From the NCBI GenBank assembly GCA_965216315.1, contig CBDCFN010000016.1, positions 704,001-768,000 on the forward strand: a DNA stretch of 64,000 bases, read 5' to 3'. This document shows, piece after piece, positions 39,701-48,217 of this stretch. The notes under the pieces are model-generated. The model was given only the letters and a program-made list of their open reading frames with translations. It ran no database searches and was not told the origin of the DNA. Made by a program: the position numbers and the translations under genes. Source of the DNA: a bacterium. Its GTDB lineage: Bacteria; UBA10199; 2-02-FULL-50-16; JAJFLM01. Numbering within the stretch: position 1 is the first letter of the stretch; every line of letters begins with the position of its first letter.

Positions 39701-40119
39701 CTTTACTCGGGGGGCAGCTCCTTTTTCCGCTGTCGCATCATGCCAATGCGACCTTGGGTGGACCTAATTATATTACGATTGGAGGCTATTGGAATAGCGC
39801 GACGGATGACCTGATGGTCAATGCCGGGATTAACTTCGGACTGATTACGCCGCTCTTTTTTGTCGATGAAGCGACCAGTGGCAATCCTTTTTTTGGAGGA
39901 GAGGCACGCTTTACCAGCGTATTGCCATTGCCGCCGCAAATAGGGATTTGGGGTGGTTCCGATATTCAAGGTAATTGGGGCGTTGGTCTCAACCTTATCT
40001 TTTCCATTCCTTCGCTCACTTATCGATTGGGAGATGGTCACAGCCACAGCTATACGCAAGGTAGTCTCTCACCGACGAGTCAGGCGATCCCATCTGGTCA
40101 TCCGATGGGATGCTTCTAG
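36757..40119 (+). CDS. Large calcineurin-like metallophosphoesterase with an EF-hand-like loop and beta-barrel-like C-terminus
   Basis: All five motifs in order: ASDLH, GDLAD, GNHD, GHYPP and GHVH. DVDDDGAI near the N-terminus. Aromatic/Gly-rich beta strands in the last ~160 aa. Confidence 0.75.
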   Translation: MPATPVRRLTIAHPDLSSSVSVSLPWDSFPAAMQNELDALDVDDDGAITYTPRVGGNTSSLSVESHHANRTSERLQRVLWGYAWSYPSNRYVQDDARLPDRMTNIQTVQQRLYNDVVLALLGNGNDLTKWEPAQRVLEMSGDYTHLYRLAEQAIGKYNRGRNIEYLRRAESLLLAARRYAARVRSGRRNTAANSVDLADIDQSLGRITGPLDRYETAAFRRDVQRPYLMATMGSPMTANVSGGEVYYAVAVPQSFIDANSGDVETAIKNYFNNTEQVSIRASRFQDSSGSQAHRLSAIRVERDAPGPHDDRINSQSSFHLYQPRLNRTVFRGHDVVYYRVGFQLADKSEALDGQHIRRFDLELQHDGNTRRIPGGFVLQNMAGRSSHDVFASDLHVNDRDYTVVRDMMRNINLTVARWNAQGLTHTRKYRELLTAAAQVERFYEPINEQIEAAVDEWNAAYRSGEIHHVFLLGDLADFVNVAVTLDRVGYRSSNIRTLKAILSRLEAPLYVVSGNHDHHGAPFPYSLHRRNFVFNGHLQDLYEDHYDDQHFEGLLYLRGVEALFPGTNGAGGSLIQILRRLTASDPFGVANDDNMGHHLRELGMYETYASSLGNGFRVFLWPTESEHFNYSRFLLEEVHEPVGPNMLRAVKTYVGDQHPSGKGPRPENFISFIRELEAAKRAGERMILGGHYPPFSVGMGPDQTPDSADAMRGDATWAIRMASWYYRMPGGHPVLALAMSGHVHRYEESDFTFDFGKLVDHAHAGEDLSDTRRAELIRNTESEFRRRLGAIFRSRNTNTIFDQLHTLRHEFHLDDISRIRRVYEPGSDGVPGPIVGRLNAACLAYGRENGTAFVNIPSIGVPADSRTGYTVVTTHPDSTVDVNTRFMRVRYDNRIVSADGRRLENYRRTWWRESRDWDPTRSVGTIPARTRRTRYQVYGPHTVNEDSRWDLFPLVYQYPRRKIGLALDAGMSWNFRNGEVGALLGGQLLFPLSHHANATLGGPNYITIGGYWNSATDDLMVNAGINFGLITPLFFVDEATSGNPFFGGEARFTSVLPLPPQIGIWGGSDIQGNWGVGLNLIFSIPSLTYRLGDGHSHSYTQGSLSPTSQAIPSGHPMGCF

Positions 40120-40162
40120 TAGACTTGCCTTTCTGTACGGCATCCATTAGACGCTTCAGATA

Positions 40163-40540
40163 GTGGAACCGTTTGATTACCGCATCTTCGTTTGCATCCG
40201 GGAACGTCCGGCCGGCAAAGATTCCTGTGTAGGCAATGGTTCTTTAGAAACCGTTCGTTTGCTTAAATCAGAAATCGCCAAACGAGGTCTGCTCGCCCAA
40301 GTCAAAGTGAACACCTCGAGCTGTTTGGATCTATGTAGCGGCGGGCCTCATCTCATCGTCTATCCCGAAGGGATTTGGTATTCAGGATTGACTACAGAGC
40401 ATGTAATGCCTTTTATTGAGAGTCAGCTGCTGAGAGGCGAGGCCTATGCACCTTGCCTTCGGGACGAAGCGGAACTGGCGGGATTTTTTGAAGGGGTCAA
40501 AGCTAAGAAAACACGTGTGGCAGGAGGTGCCAACCCATGA
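40163..40540 (+). CDS. Thioredoxin-like [2Fe-2S] ferredoxin
   Basis: IFVC...SC and CLDLCSGGP..IVYPEGIWY motifs. Confidence 0.9.
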   Translation: MEPFDYRIFVCIRERPAGKDSCVGNGSLETVRLLKSEIAKRGLLAQVKVNTSSCLDLCSGGPHLIVYPEGIWYSGLTTEHVMPFIESQLLRGEAYAPCLRDEAELAGFFEGVKAKKTRVAGGANP

Positions 40541-40941
40541 AACGAATTTTTCATTTAGCAATAATCTTCACCGTACTTTTTCAACTATCGGCATGCGGGG
40601 GAACCTTTGCCGACCCGACCGTTATATCCATTACCCCTGCCGATGAAGCGACGGATGTAGGGTTGAATACGCTTATCATCGTCATCTTTTCCAAAATCAT
40701 TGCCGCACCCACGGTTGATAATGAAGCATTCGTTGTAACGGCCGGGCCGGCCGGCGAAGTTGGGACCGAGGTTGCGGGGTCATTCGCGGTCAATGGGACG
40801 ACGGTGACATTTACTCCCGATGCGGAGTTGGACCCTAACACGCGCTACCAAGTTGACCTCAACAGTGACATCAAGGACCTTGATGGGAATGGTCTCGATA
40901 ATGATGTCACGACTAGTTTCACGACTGGGGACGGTACTTGA
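40537..40941 (+). CDS. Ig-like (Big_5/SbsA-type) lipoprotein
   Basis: LSAC lipobox; PTVISITPAD..., TFTP..L.P.T.Y and IKDLDGN.L...SFTTG. Confidence 0.85.
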   Translation: MKRIFHLAIIFTVLFQLSACGGTFADPTVISITPADEATDVGLNTLIIVIFSKIIAAPTVDNEAFVVTAGPAGEVGTEVAGSFAVNGTTVTFTPDAELDPNTRYQVDLNSDIKDLDGNGLDNDVTTSFTTGDGT

Positions 40942-41885
40942 GGCCTCAACGCATCGCGAGTATCGATATCGGAACCAATTCGGTTCTCCTCACGATTGCA
41001 GAGCAAGCAACGGACGGTTCGCTGGAAACCGTCTTAGAAGACGCGCGGATCACGCGCATTGGGGAAGGTCTCGGCAAACAACAGGTTTTTTTACCCCATG
41101 CGATGGAGCGGACGCTGCAAGTCTTGCGTGACTATGCGGATATGTGTCAGCAACATCGGGTCGATCAAATTATCGCCGTAGGAACTGCGGCCTTTCGACG
41201 GGCGCTCAACGCCAAAGACTTTGTGCGTGATGTCGAAAATGAACTGGGCTTGGGTATCGAAATTATCTCAGGGGAGCGTGAAGCCCAGCTTTCTTATGCG
41301 GCGGCCCAGCGTGATTTCGGTGATGATATCTTGGTGATTGATATTGGGGGAGGGTCCACTGAATTTATCTGGAACGATAGTGGAAGCGATGGGCGTGTAC
41401 AGGCCATATCTCTTCCTATTGGCAGCGTTGTGATCCATGAACGCTATGTACATTCTGACCCTATTAATGATGAGGACTTTGCGCAGGTCCAGACTTATAT
41501 AATGACTGAGCTCTTGAATCTCCAGGGGAGCCGCTGGGGTGGCGGTGCGGCCGCAATGAAGCAAGAGCCCCCGCAAAAACTAGTCGCCTTGGCTGGAAGT
41601 GCCACGACGCTGGCGGCGATGGACCTCCAGTTACAGACCTATTCGCACGCCCAAGTTCATGGGCATGTCCTTAAAGAGGCGACGGTTGCTGCCATTGTTG
41701 CCCAACTACGCACCGCAACCGTGGAAGAGCGCAAACAAATTGCGGGTATCGAACCCGCGCGGGCCGACGTCATCCTCGAAGGGGCTATCCTCTTGCATGA
41801 AACGATGAAGCTGTTCGGCTACGATGAGGTTCATATCAGCGATAGGGGAGTTCGGTGGGGCCTCATCTATGAGTTGTGTGCCTAA
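40938..41885 (+). CDS. Ppx/GppA family phosphatase
   Basis: IDIGTNS, GTAAFR, ISGEREA, IDIGGGSTE, RADVI and GVRWG. Confidence 0.93.
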   Translation: MRPQRIASIDIGTNSVLLTIAEQATDGSLETVLEDARITRIGEGLGKQQVFLPHAMERTLQVLRDYADMCQQHRVDQIIAVGTAAFRRALNAKDFVRDVENELGLGIEIISGEREAQLSYAAAQRDFGDDILVIDIGGGSTEFIWNDSGSDGRVQAISLPIGSVVIHERYVHSDPINDEDFAQVQTYIMTELLNLQGSRWGGGAAAMKQEPPQKLVALAGSATTLAAMDLQLQTYSHAQVHGHVLKEATVAAIVAQLRTATVEERKQIAGIEPARADVILEGAILLHETMKLFGYDEVHISDRGVRWGLIYELCA

Positions 41886-42010
41886 AGTGTGAACTCGTTT
41901 CCTGAGTGAGTACTATTCAGTACACAGTACACACATTTCAGCCCTTCATTTTCAGTCAAAAATCAAAATATATTTAATAATATCAGTTAGTTACCTAATT
42001 TTGACCGTCC

Positions 42011-42026
42011 TGGCACGCCACTTGCT
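42011..42026 (+). promoter_or_regulatory. sigma54 -24/-12 promoter
   Basis: TGGCAC-GCCAC-TTGCT, preceded by an AT-rich IHF-like tract. Confidence 0.85.
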
Positions 42027-42068
42027 CTACTAGGGGGTTCATCGGTCACAAAACATAGGAGTCAGGTC

Positions 42069-43463
42069 ATGAATACATGGGTAACGAAACTATCAGGAAT
42101 TTTAATACTCACCATCGCTATCAGCGTCTCGGCATGTAGTAACACCACTCAGCCGGCGGAAGAACCCGCTGTGGGCGGCATTGGCATCATTGATGTCATT
42201 GATCCGATCGTCAGTGAGCCGACGGTCAGCGAACCGACTGTCATCGAAGAAGTTGAAGCCCCTTCGGCTGAAGAAGATGCGTTAAGAGATCGCGTTGCCG
42301 AATTGGAAGCGGAATTGGAACGTGCCCGCAGCGAAGCCGCGACGGAAGACGCACGTGATGCGGAAGCCGCAGCAGAACTGGAGCGTCGTATTGCGGAACT
42401 CGAAGCGGCTGCGGAGAGAGCGCGTCGTGAAGCAGAAGCTGAACGAGCTCGTATAGAAGCAGAAGAAGCTTTGGCGGACCGGTTTGGTACTGAACTGGAA
42501 GTTGAAGTTGGTGCAGTTCGAACCATTCCCGTTATTCCTTATCAATTCGCATTTGTGTCCAAGCGCGGCGAATCCGGCGCGACGAATGTCTATACGCGGA
42601 ATACACGTAGCGACAGCGAAGTGAATCAGTTGACAGCAAACGACAAGAAAGCCGTGATTTATATGGATCCGTCGCTCAATCATGATGGATCACAGATTGC
42701 CTATACGATAGGAATCAACCTTGGCTTATTAGGGTTTACCTACGTCTCTTATGGTTCCATTAATGATGTCAGTGCTCACCAAGTTATCAAGCGTGATGGC
42801 AAAGAGCTGTTTAGTATGAACGCGGAATGGGCGCCTGCCAGCGATGAAATCGTGTTTATTGAGAAGGCGAATAGACGCGTTGATGGTAGAAACCAGTTAA
42901 CTAGCGTTGCTAATGTCATCAATACAGAGAGCGGACTTGTGACACCATTGGGATTTTGGGGCGAAATGGAAGCAATTAATTGGAATACGAGCGATGATTC
43001 CGAGATTGCTTATTTTACGACACAGAAAGTTTCCGCCAACGGGAAAGAAACCTTAGAAATTATGCAGAGTGAGTTCAATGTAATGAGTGGTACCTATGAA
43101 CAACTTGATATGATTCCGACGAATGGTACGGACCATTATGATCTAGCGATTTCGCCTGACGGTAAGATGCTGGCCTATGTTCAGAAAATGGGTGAGGACA
43201 CGGCAATCTTTACCTGTAAGGTCCGTTATGAAGAAAACGGTCAGGCTTCTTGCAAGAGCTTAGCTGATTATAATTTGTTGACGCTCGAAGCGGGACGTCA
43301 CGAATCACCTTGTTTTACCCGGGATAGCCAATTCATTCTTTTTGCCTCAGATCGTGATGGGGATGATTTGGATATCTACATGCAGCGGGCCGATGGCTCC
43401 GAACCTGCGCTGCGTCTCACGGATGATCCGGCCGACGATTACGAACCGGCTTGTGGAAAATAA
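42069..43463 (+). CDS. Lipoprotein with coiled-coil and TolB/PD40-like beta-propeller
   Basis: VSAC lipobox, E/A/R-rich coiled-coil, and ISPDGKMLAY and FASDRDG..DIY motifs. Confidence 0.8.
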   Translation: MNTWVTKLSGILILTIAISVSACSNTTQPAEEPAVGGIGIIDVIDPIVSEPTVSEPTVIEEVEAPSAEEDALRDRVAELEAELERARSEAATEDARDAEAAAELERRIAELEAAAERARREAEAERARIEAEEALADRFGTELEVEVGAVRTIPVIPYQFAFVSKRGESGATNVYTRNTRSDSEVNQLTANDKKAVIYMDPSLNHDGSQIAYTIGINLGLLGFTYVSYGSINDVSAHQVIKRDGKELFSMNAEWAPASDEIVFIEKANRRVDGRNQLTSVANVINTESGLVTPLGFWGEMEAINWNTSDDSEIAYFTTQKVSANGKETLEIMQSEFNVMSGTYEQLDMIPTNGTDHYDLAISPDGKMLAYVQKMGEDTAIFTCKVRYEENGQASCKSLADYNLLTLEAGRHESPCFTRDSQFILFASDRDGDDLDIYMQRADGSEPALRLTDDPADDYEPACGK

Positions 43464-43492
43464 GACCCTATCATTCACCTAGACACGCTTTT

Positions 43493-43528
43493 AAAAAGGC
43501 CGGTGGTCATAAGACCACCGGCTTTTTT
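43493..43528. terminator. Bidirectional Rho-independent terminator
   Basis: AAAAAG-GCCGGTGGTC-ATAA-GACCACCGGC-TTTTTT between convergent genes. Confidence 0.9.
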
Positions 43529-43535
43529 CTAAGTT

Positions 43536-43694
43536 TTAAACCGCTTCACGAAGTTCCGCTTTCGGTTCCATATCGACATCAATGATGTCGCGGAGGGTGT
43601 CGGATCCGAATATGCGCATAAATTCCAGGACCATCTTGGTGTAGGGTTGGTTTTCTTCCTGAACGGATTCAGGGGATGTTGGGTGTAGCATCAT
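43536..43694 (-). CDS. 52-aa small protein (not in the ORF track)
   Basis: MMLHPTSPESVQEENQPYTKMVLEFMRIFGSDTLRDIIDVDMEPKAELREAV, with an AAGAGG RBS, an upstream sigma54 box and a downstream terminator. Confidence 0.6.
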   Translation of the reverse strand: MMLHPTSPESVQEENQPYTKMVLEFMRIFGSDTLRDIIDVDMEPKAELREAV

Positions 43695-43750
43695 AACCTC
43701 TTAAATAGCTGTTTGGAGCCTCCCTGTGAGGCTCTCTACCCTCGAGGTAT

Positions 43751-43766
43751 TGCAAATTATATTCCA
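43751..43766 (-). promoter_or_regulatory. sigma54 -24/-12 promoter
   Basis: TGGAAT-ATAAT-TTGCA (GG-N10-GC) on the - strand. Confidence 0.6.
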
Positions 43767-43923
43767 AAAATATGTAAACACATTAAAATTATATAACTAT
43801 ATGTAATTACTTATATAAATTACATTTATGTCTTCTTGTATAGCGGGGGAAAATCTATAATTTGTCAACAGTGGGCCGCTAATTGCGGACACCAGGCCCC
43901 AGAACTTGACTTCCCCTGAAATA

Positions 43924-43970
43924 TTGACATATATGACCAGGAAGGTCATATTGGACTATAGAGGTCCGAT
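43924..43970 (+). promoter_or_regulatory. sigma70 promoter of the suf operon with two GAC-N7-GTC palindromes (probable Rrf2 operators)
   Basis: TTGACA-N17-CATATT, ATATGACC-AGGAA-GGTCATAT (43931-43951) and GGAC-TATAGAG-GTCC (43953-43967). Confidence 0.7.
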
Positions 43971-44071
43971 ATAGGACGTAAAACAGGAGCTGTTCTTTCT
44001 AACTATCTGTAATTAAATAGTTAATTGGCGGAATTGCCACGGTGACTAACGAGACCGAAACGATCTGAGTT

Positions 44072-44542
44072 ATGATAAAACTGAACCGCAAAACCGAATA
44101 TGCCCTCCTGGCCATCCAGTATATTTGCCATCGGGAGCAGGAGACGGGGGAGGTGACCAAGGCCCGTGAGATCGCCGACGCCTGTCACATTCCCTATTCG
44201 TTACTGGCCAAGGTCATGCAGAGCTTAGCAGGCCGCGGCATCATCAAGTCGACTCATGGGACCAAGGGGGGCTACACCCTCGCGAAACGTCCCGAGGATA
44301 TCGCGGTTTCGGAAGTCGTCGAGGTCTTTGACGGTCGGGTCGCGGTTGCAGACTGTTTTAAGGACGCGAAGATTACCTGCCCGCAGTGGAGTGATTGTTC
44401 CATTAAGGATCCACTCGCGGAGCTCAATCATAAAATTTATTCACTGTTAGCGCACACGACACTCAAAGACTTACTGGGCGAAGGCGATAGTAAGTTATGG
44501 GAGACAGGTGCAGAGGACCTGCCTGTTTATCAAGTCACTTAA
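44072..44542 (+). CDS. Rrf2 family transcriptional regulator (IscR/SufR-like)
   Basis: EYALLA, S..G..GGYTLA and three Cys (DC...TCP..SDC). First gene of the suf operon. Confidence 0.92.
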   Translation: MIKLNRKTEYALLAIQYICHREQETGEVTKAREIADACHIPYSLLAKVMQSLAGRGIIKSTHGTKGGYTLAKRPEDIAVSEVVEVFDGRVAVADCFKDAKITCPQWSDCSIKDPLAELNHKIYSLLAHTTLKDLLGEGDSKLWETGAEDLPVYQVT

Positions 44543-44551
44543 GGAAGGCCT

Positions 44552-45997
44552 ATGTCAGATACAAACACCCTCGAAGAACTCGAAAATAGAGAATACCGTT
44601 ACGGTTTTGTAACCGACATTGCTCAGGAAGAATTTCCTAAGGGGCTCAATGAAGATATCGTGCGGATGATATCGGCGAAGAAGAACGAGCCTGAGTTTAT
44701 GTTGGAGTGGCGCCTGAAGGCCTATCGTCATTGGCTGACGATGAAGGAACCGGACTGGCAATATGTGAAGTATCCGCCGATTGATTATCAGGATGCTTAT
44801 TATTATGCCGCGCCGAAAAAGAAAGAGGATGGGCCGAAGAGCCTTGATGAAGTCGACCCTGAACTGATCGATACCTACGAAAAGCTAGGCATTCCCCTTG
44901 ATGAGCAAAAACGCCTGAGCGGGATCGCCGTCGATGCGGTCTTTGATAGCGTTTCCGTGGCGACGACTTTTAAGGACAAGCTTGCGGAGATGGGGATCAT
45001 CTTTTGTTCTTTTTCTGAAGCGGTTCAGGAACATCCGGATCTCGTCCAGAAATATCTCGGTTCCGTCGTTCCCTATACGGACAATTATTTTGCAGCGCTT
45101 AACTCCGCCGTTTTTAGTGACGGGTCGTTTGCCTATATCCCGAAGGGGGTGCGTTGCCCGATGGAATTATCGACTTACTTCCGGATCAATGCGGCGAACA
45201 CGGGACAATTTGAACGGACTCTTCTGATAGCCGATGACGACGCCTATGTCAGCTACTTGGAAGGGTGTACGGCTCCGATGCGCGATGAAAATCAGTTGCA
45301 TGCCGCGGTCGTTGAGTTGGTAGCTCTCGATAATGCGCAGATTAAATATTCCACGGTTCAAAACTGGTATCCCGGTGATGAAAATGGGAAGGGTGGCATT
45401 TATAATTTCGTGACCAAGCGAGGCAAATGTCAGGGGCATCACTCTAAAATTTCTTGGACTCAGGTTGAGACCGGTTCAGCGATTACTTGGAAATATCCGA
45501 GTTGTTTGTTGATTGGGGATCATTCCGTCGGTGAGTTCTATTCCGTCGCGACAACAATGAACCATCAGGCGGCGGATACCGGAACCAAGATGATTCATAT
45601 TGGTAAGAACACGAAAAGCACGATTATTTCCAAGGGGATCTCCGCAGGACACGGACAGAATGTCTATCGTGGTCTCGTTAAGATTCAAAAGACCGCTGAA
45701 GGGGCGCGTAATTATACCCAGTGTGACTCGTTGTTGATGGGGGATAAGTGCGGGGCTCATACCTTTCCTTATATAGAGGTCAAAAATAAGTCGGCGCAGA
45801 TGGAGCACGAGGCAACGACCTCGAAGATCAGCGAAGATCAGCTTTTTTATTGCCGGCAACGTGGTTTGTCGGAGGAAGACGCGGTCAACATGATCGTAAA
45901 TGGATTTTGCAAGGAAGTCCTCAACGAACTGCCGATGGAGTTTGCCGTTGAGGCTCAGAACCTATTGAATTTGAAATTAGAAGGAGCGGTTGGCTAA
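44552..45997 (+). CDS. sufB: Fe-S cluster assembly protein SufB
   Basis: [34 protein letters not shown] and EHEATTSKI. Confidence 0.98.
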   Translation: MSDTNTLEELENREYRYGFVTDIAQEEFPKGLNEDIVRMISAKKNEPEFMLEWRLKAYRHWLTMKEPDWQYVKYPPIDYQDAYYYAAPKKKEDGPKSLDEVDPELIDTYEKLGIPLDEQKRLSGIAVDAVFDSVSVATTFKDKLAEMGIIFCSFSEAVQEHPDLVQKYLGSVVPYTDNYFAALNSAVFSDGSFAYIPKGVRCPMELSTYFRINAANTGQFERTLLIADDDAYVSYLEGCTAPMRDENQLHAAVVELVALDNAQIKYSTVQNWYPGDENGKGGIYNFVTKRGKCQGHHSKISWTQVETGSAITWKYPSCLLIGDHSVGEFYSVATTMNHQAADTGTKMIHIGKNTKSTIISKGISAGHGQNVYRGLVKIQKTAEGARNYTQCDSLLMGDKCGAHTFPYIEVKNKSAQMEHEATTSKISEDQLFYCRQRGLSEEDAVNMIVNGFCKEVLNELPMEFAVEAQNLLNLKLEGAVG

Positions 45998-46764
45998 TGC
46001 TCGAAATAAAAGATCTACATGTCAGTATCGAAGGTAAGGAAATCCTCAGGGGGCTCAATTTGACCCTGCCTGATGGAGAGGTTCATGCGATTATGGGCCC
46101 GAATGGCTCCGGTAAGAGTACTTTGTCTTATGTGCTAACAGGGCGCGAAGGTTATGAGGTGACCCAAGGCTCTATTTTATATAACGGCCGCGATCTCATC
46201 GAGATGGAACCGGAAGAGCGTGCTCGCGAGGGTGTCTTTCTGGCTTTTCAGTATCCCGTTGAAGTGCCCGGTGTCAGTAATATCAATTTCTTGAAGACAG
46301 CGGTGAATTCGATTCGCAAGCATCGTGGCGAAGGCGAGATGGATGCGATTGATTTTCTCGAATATCTCAAGGGAAAAATGGGTATTGTCGGCATGACGGA
46401 TGAGTTGCTGAAGCGTTCCGTCAATCAAGGGTTTTCCGGCGGTGAAAAGAAACGTAACGAAATTTTTCAGATGGCCGTGTTGGATCCCAAACTGGCCATC
46501 CTCGACGAGACGGATTCGGGCCTCGATATCGATGCCCTTAAGGTCGTGGCCGGAGGAGTGAATGCCTTACGCGGTGAAGATCGTTCGGCGCTCGTTATCA
46601 CCCATTACCAGCGTTTACTTGAGTATATTGTTCCGGATGTCGTGCATGTCTTGGCCGACGGTCAGATTGTTAAGTCCGGCGGCAAAGAGCTGGCATTGGA
46701 GCTTGAAGAAAAGGGTTATGGCTGGGTGAGTCCTGATGAGATGACAGCTGAAGGAGTGGCTTAA
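45997..46764 (+). CDS. sufC: Fe-S cluster assembly ATPase SufC
   Basis: GPNGSGKST, FSGGEKKRNE, LDETDSGLDID and ITHYQRLL. Confidence 0.98.
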   Translation: MLEIKDLHVSIEGKEILRGLNLTLPDGEVHAIMGPNGSGKSTLSYVLTGREGYEVTQGSILYNGRDLIEMEPEERAREGVFLAFQYPVEVPGVSNINFLKTAVNSIRKHRGEGEMDAIDFLEYLKGKMGIVGMTDELLKRSVNQGFSGGEKKRNEIFQMAVLDPKLAILDETDSGLDIDALKVVAGGVNALRGEDRSALVITHYQRLLEYIVPDVVHVLADGQIVKSGGKELALELEEKGYGWVSPDEMTAEGVA

Positions 46765-46768
46765 TACT

Positions 46769-48100
46769 ATGGGATTGGCTCAACAAAAAGAAAAAGTTTC
46801 GCTGCCGGCATGGGTTCCACTGGATCGAGGTGTTCCTAAAGAGGGGCCGCTGTGGTTGCAGGCGCGTCGAGAGGCGGCTCTGACGGCGTTGTCGGAGCGA
46901 GGGTTGCCGACCGCACAAGATGAAGAATGGCGGTATACTTCGATCGCGCCACTTCATAAGTTTGATTTTCGCCCTGATGATTCGGGCCTTTCGGTATTGC
47001 CACACGCGGATACGGATGAGTTGGGCATATCATTGGGAACGGGACCGGAATGTGTTTTTGTGAATGGCCGCTTTCGACCGAAGTTGAGCCGTCGTCTTGA
47101 GTTGCCTGCCGGAGTGCGTATTATTTCACTGAGTGAGGCTTTGAAGACAAGTGACAGTGAACTGGAAGCGCACCTTGCTCGCGCTATTGATTTAAACCAA
47201 CATCCCTTTGCAGCGCTTAACACTTGGCAGTTGGTTGATGGCGCGGTCATTGTTCTCGATAAGGGCGTCGTACTGGATGCACCGATTCATCTTCATTTTA
47301 TTGCGAATGCTCCGGAAGGAGAGATTCTTGCACAACCACGCACGATCATTGTTGCTGGAGAGAACAGTCGGGCGACCATACTCGAATCTTTCGTAGGGGC
47401 GGCGGGTCAGGTTTATTTGACGAATGCCGTTATGGAAGTTTGTTTGAAGCCGGCGTCAAAAATTAACTATTACAAACTGCAGAATGAATCGGAGCGGGCC
47501 TTTCATGTGGCGACTTTGCATGTTGAGCAGGGGACCAACAGTTGCTTCAATGCTTGCACCATTTCCATGGGGGCCGGGATCAGCCGTTATGATACCGATG
47601 TGAAGCAATCAGCCGAGGGGGCGGAATGTATCATCAACGGCTTATATCTCGCGATGGATAAGCAGCATGTGGATCACCATCTGCGCCTTGATCATCTGCA
47701 ACCTCATGGCAGTAGCCAGTTATTGTTTAAGGGCGTGCTCGATCAGCAAGGGCGCGCTGTTTATAATGGTAAGGTTGTCGTCCACGAAGGGGCCTCCGGA
47801 ACTTCGGCCGACCAGACGAATAACAACCTACTATTGTCCTCCGAGGCAGAGGCGGATCCAAAGCCGGAATTGGAAATCTATCACAATGATGTCAAATGTT
47901 CTCATGGTGCCACCGTCGGTCAGCTTGACGAAAAGGCCTTATTCTATCTGCGATCCCGCGGGATCGGTCTGGCTGAAGCGCGTCAGATATTGACCTTAGG
48001 CTTTGCGAAGCAAGTCATGGAGTCAATTGAACTTCCGCGCCTCGAAGCCTACTGCGAATGCCAATTTCTACAACGTTTGGGAGGAATGAGGCATGAATAG
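46769..48100 (+). CDS. sufD: Fe-S cluster assembly protein SufD
   Basis: EEWRYT, KPELEIY..DVKCSHGATVG and FYLRSRGI. Confidence 0.95.
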   Translation: MGLAQQKEKVSLPAWVPLDRGVPKEGPLWLQARREAALTALSERGLPTAQDEEWRYTSIAPLHKFDFRPDDSGLSVLPHADTDELGISLGTGPECVFVNGRFRPKLSRRLELPAGVRIISLSEALKTSDSELEAHLARAIDLNQHPFAALNTWQLVDGAVIVLDKGVVLDAPIHLHFIANAPEGEILAQPRTIIVAGENSRATILESFVGAAGQVYLTNAVMEVCLKPASKINYYKLQNESERAFHVATLHVEQGTNSCFNACTISMGAGISRYDTDVKQSAEGAECIINGLYLAMDKQHVDHHLRLDHLQPHGSSQLLFKGVLDQQGRAVYNGKVVVHEGASGTSADQTNNNLLLSSEAEADPKPELEIYHNDVKCSHGATVGQLDEKALFYLRSRGIGLAEARQILTLGFAKQVMESIELPRLEAYCECQFLQRLGGMRHE

Positions 48101-48217
48101 CGAGCGACGCGAGCGAGAGGGGGAGGCTCCGTCCGGCTTTGCCGGTGGAGGGGGCGACGCGAGCCCCTATTACGCCTGCCAATTTCTACAACGTTTGGGA
48201 GGAATGAGGCATGAATA
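48059..48217 (+). mobile_element. 77-bp hairpin insertion (48100-48176) flanked by a perfect 41-bp direct repeat (48059-48099 and 48177-48217)
   Basis: Repeat: TGCCAATTTCTACAACGTTTGGGAGGAATGAGGCATGAATA. The insert has CCGGC-TTT-GCCGG and GGGGC-N7-GCCCC hairpins and two copies of GCGACGCGAGC. Confidence 0.7.
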
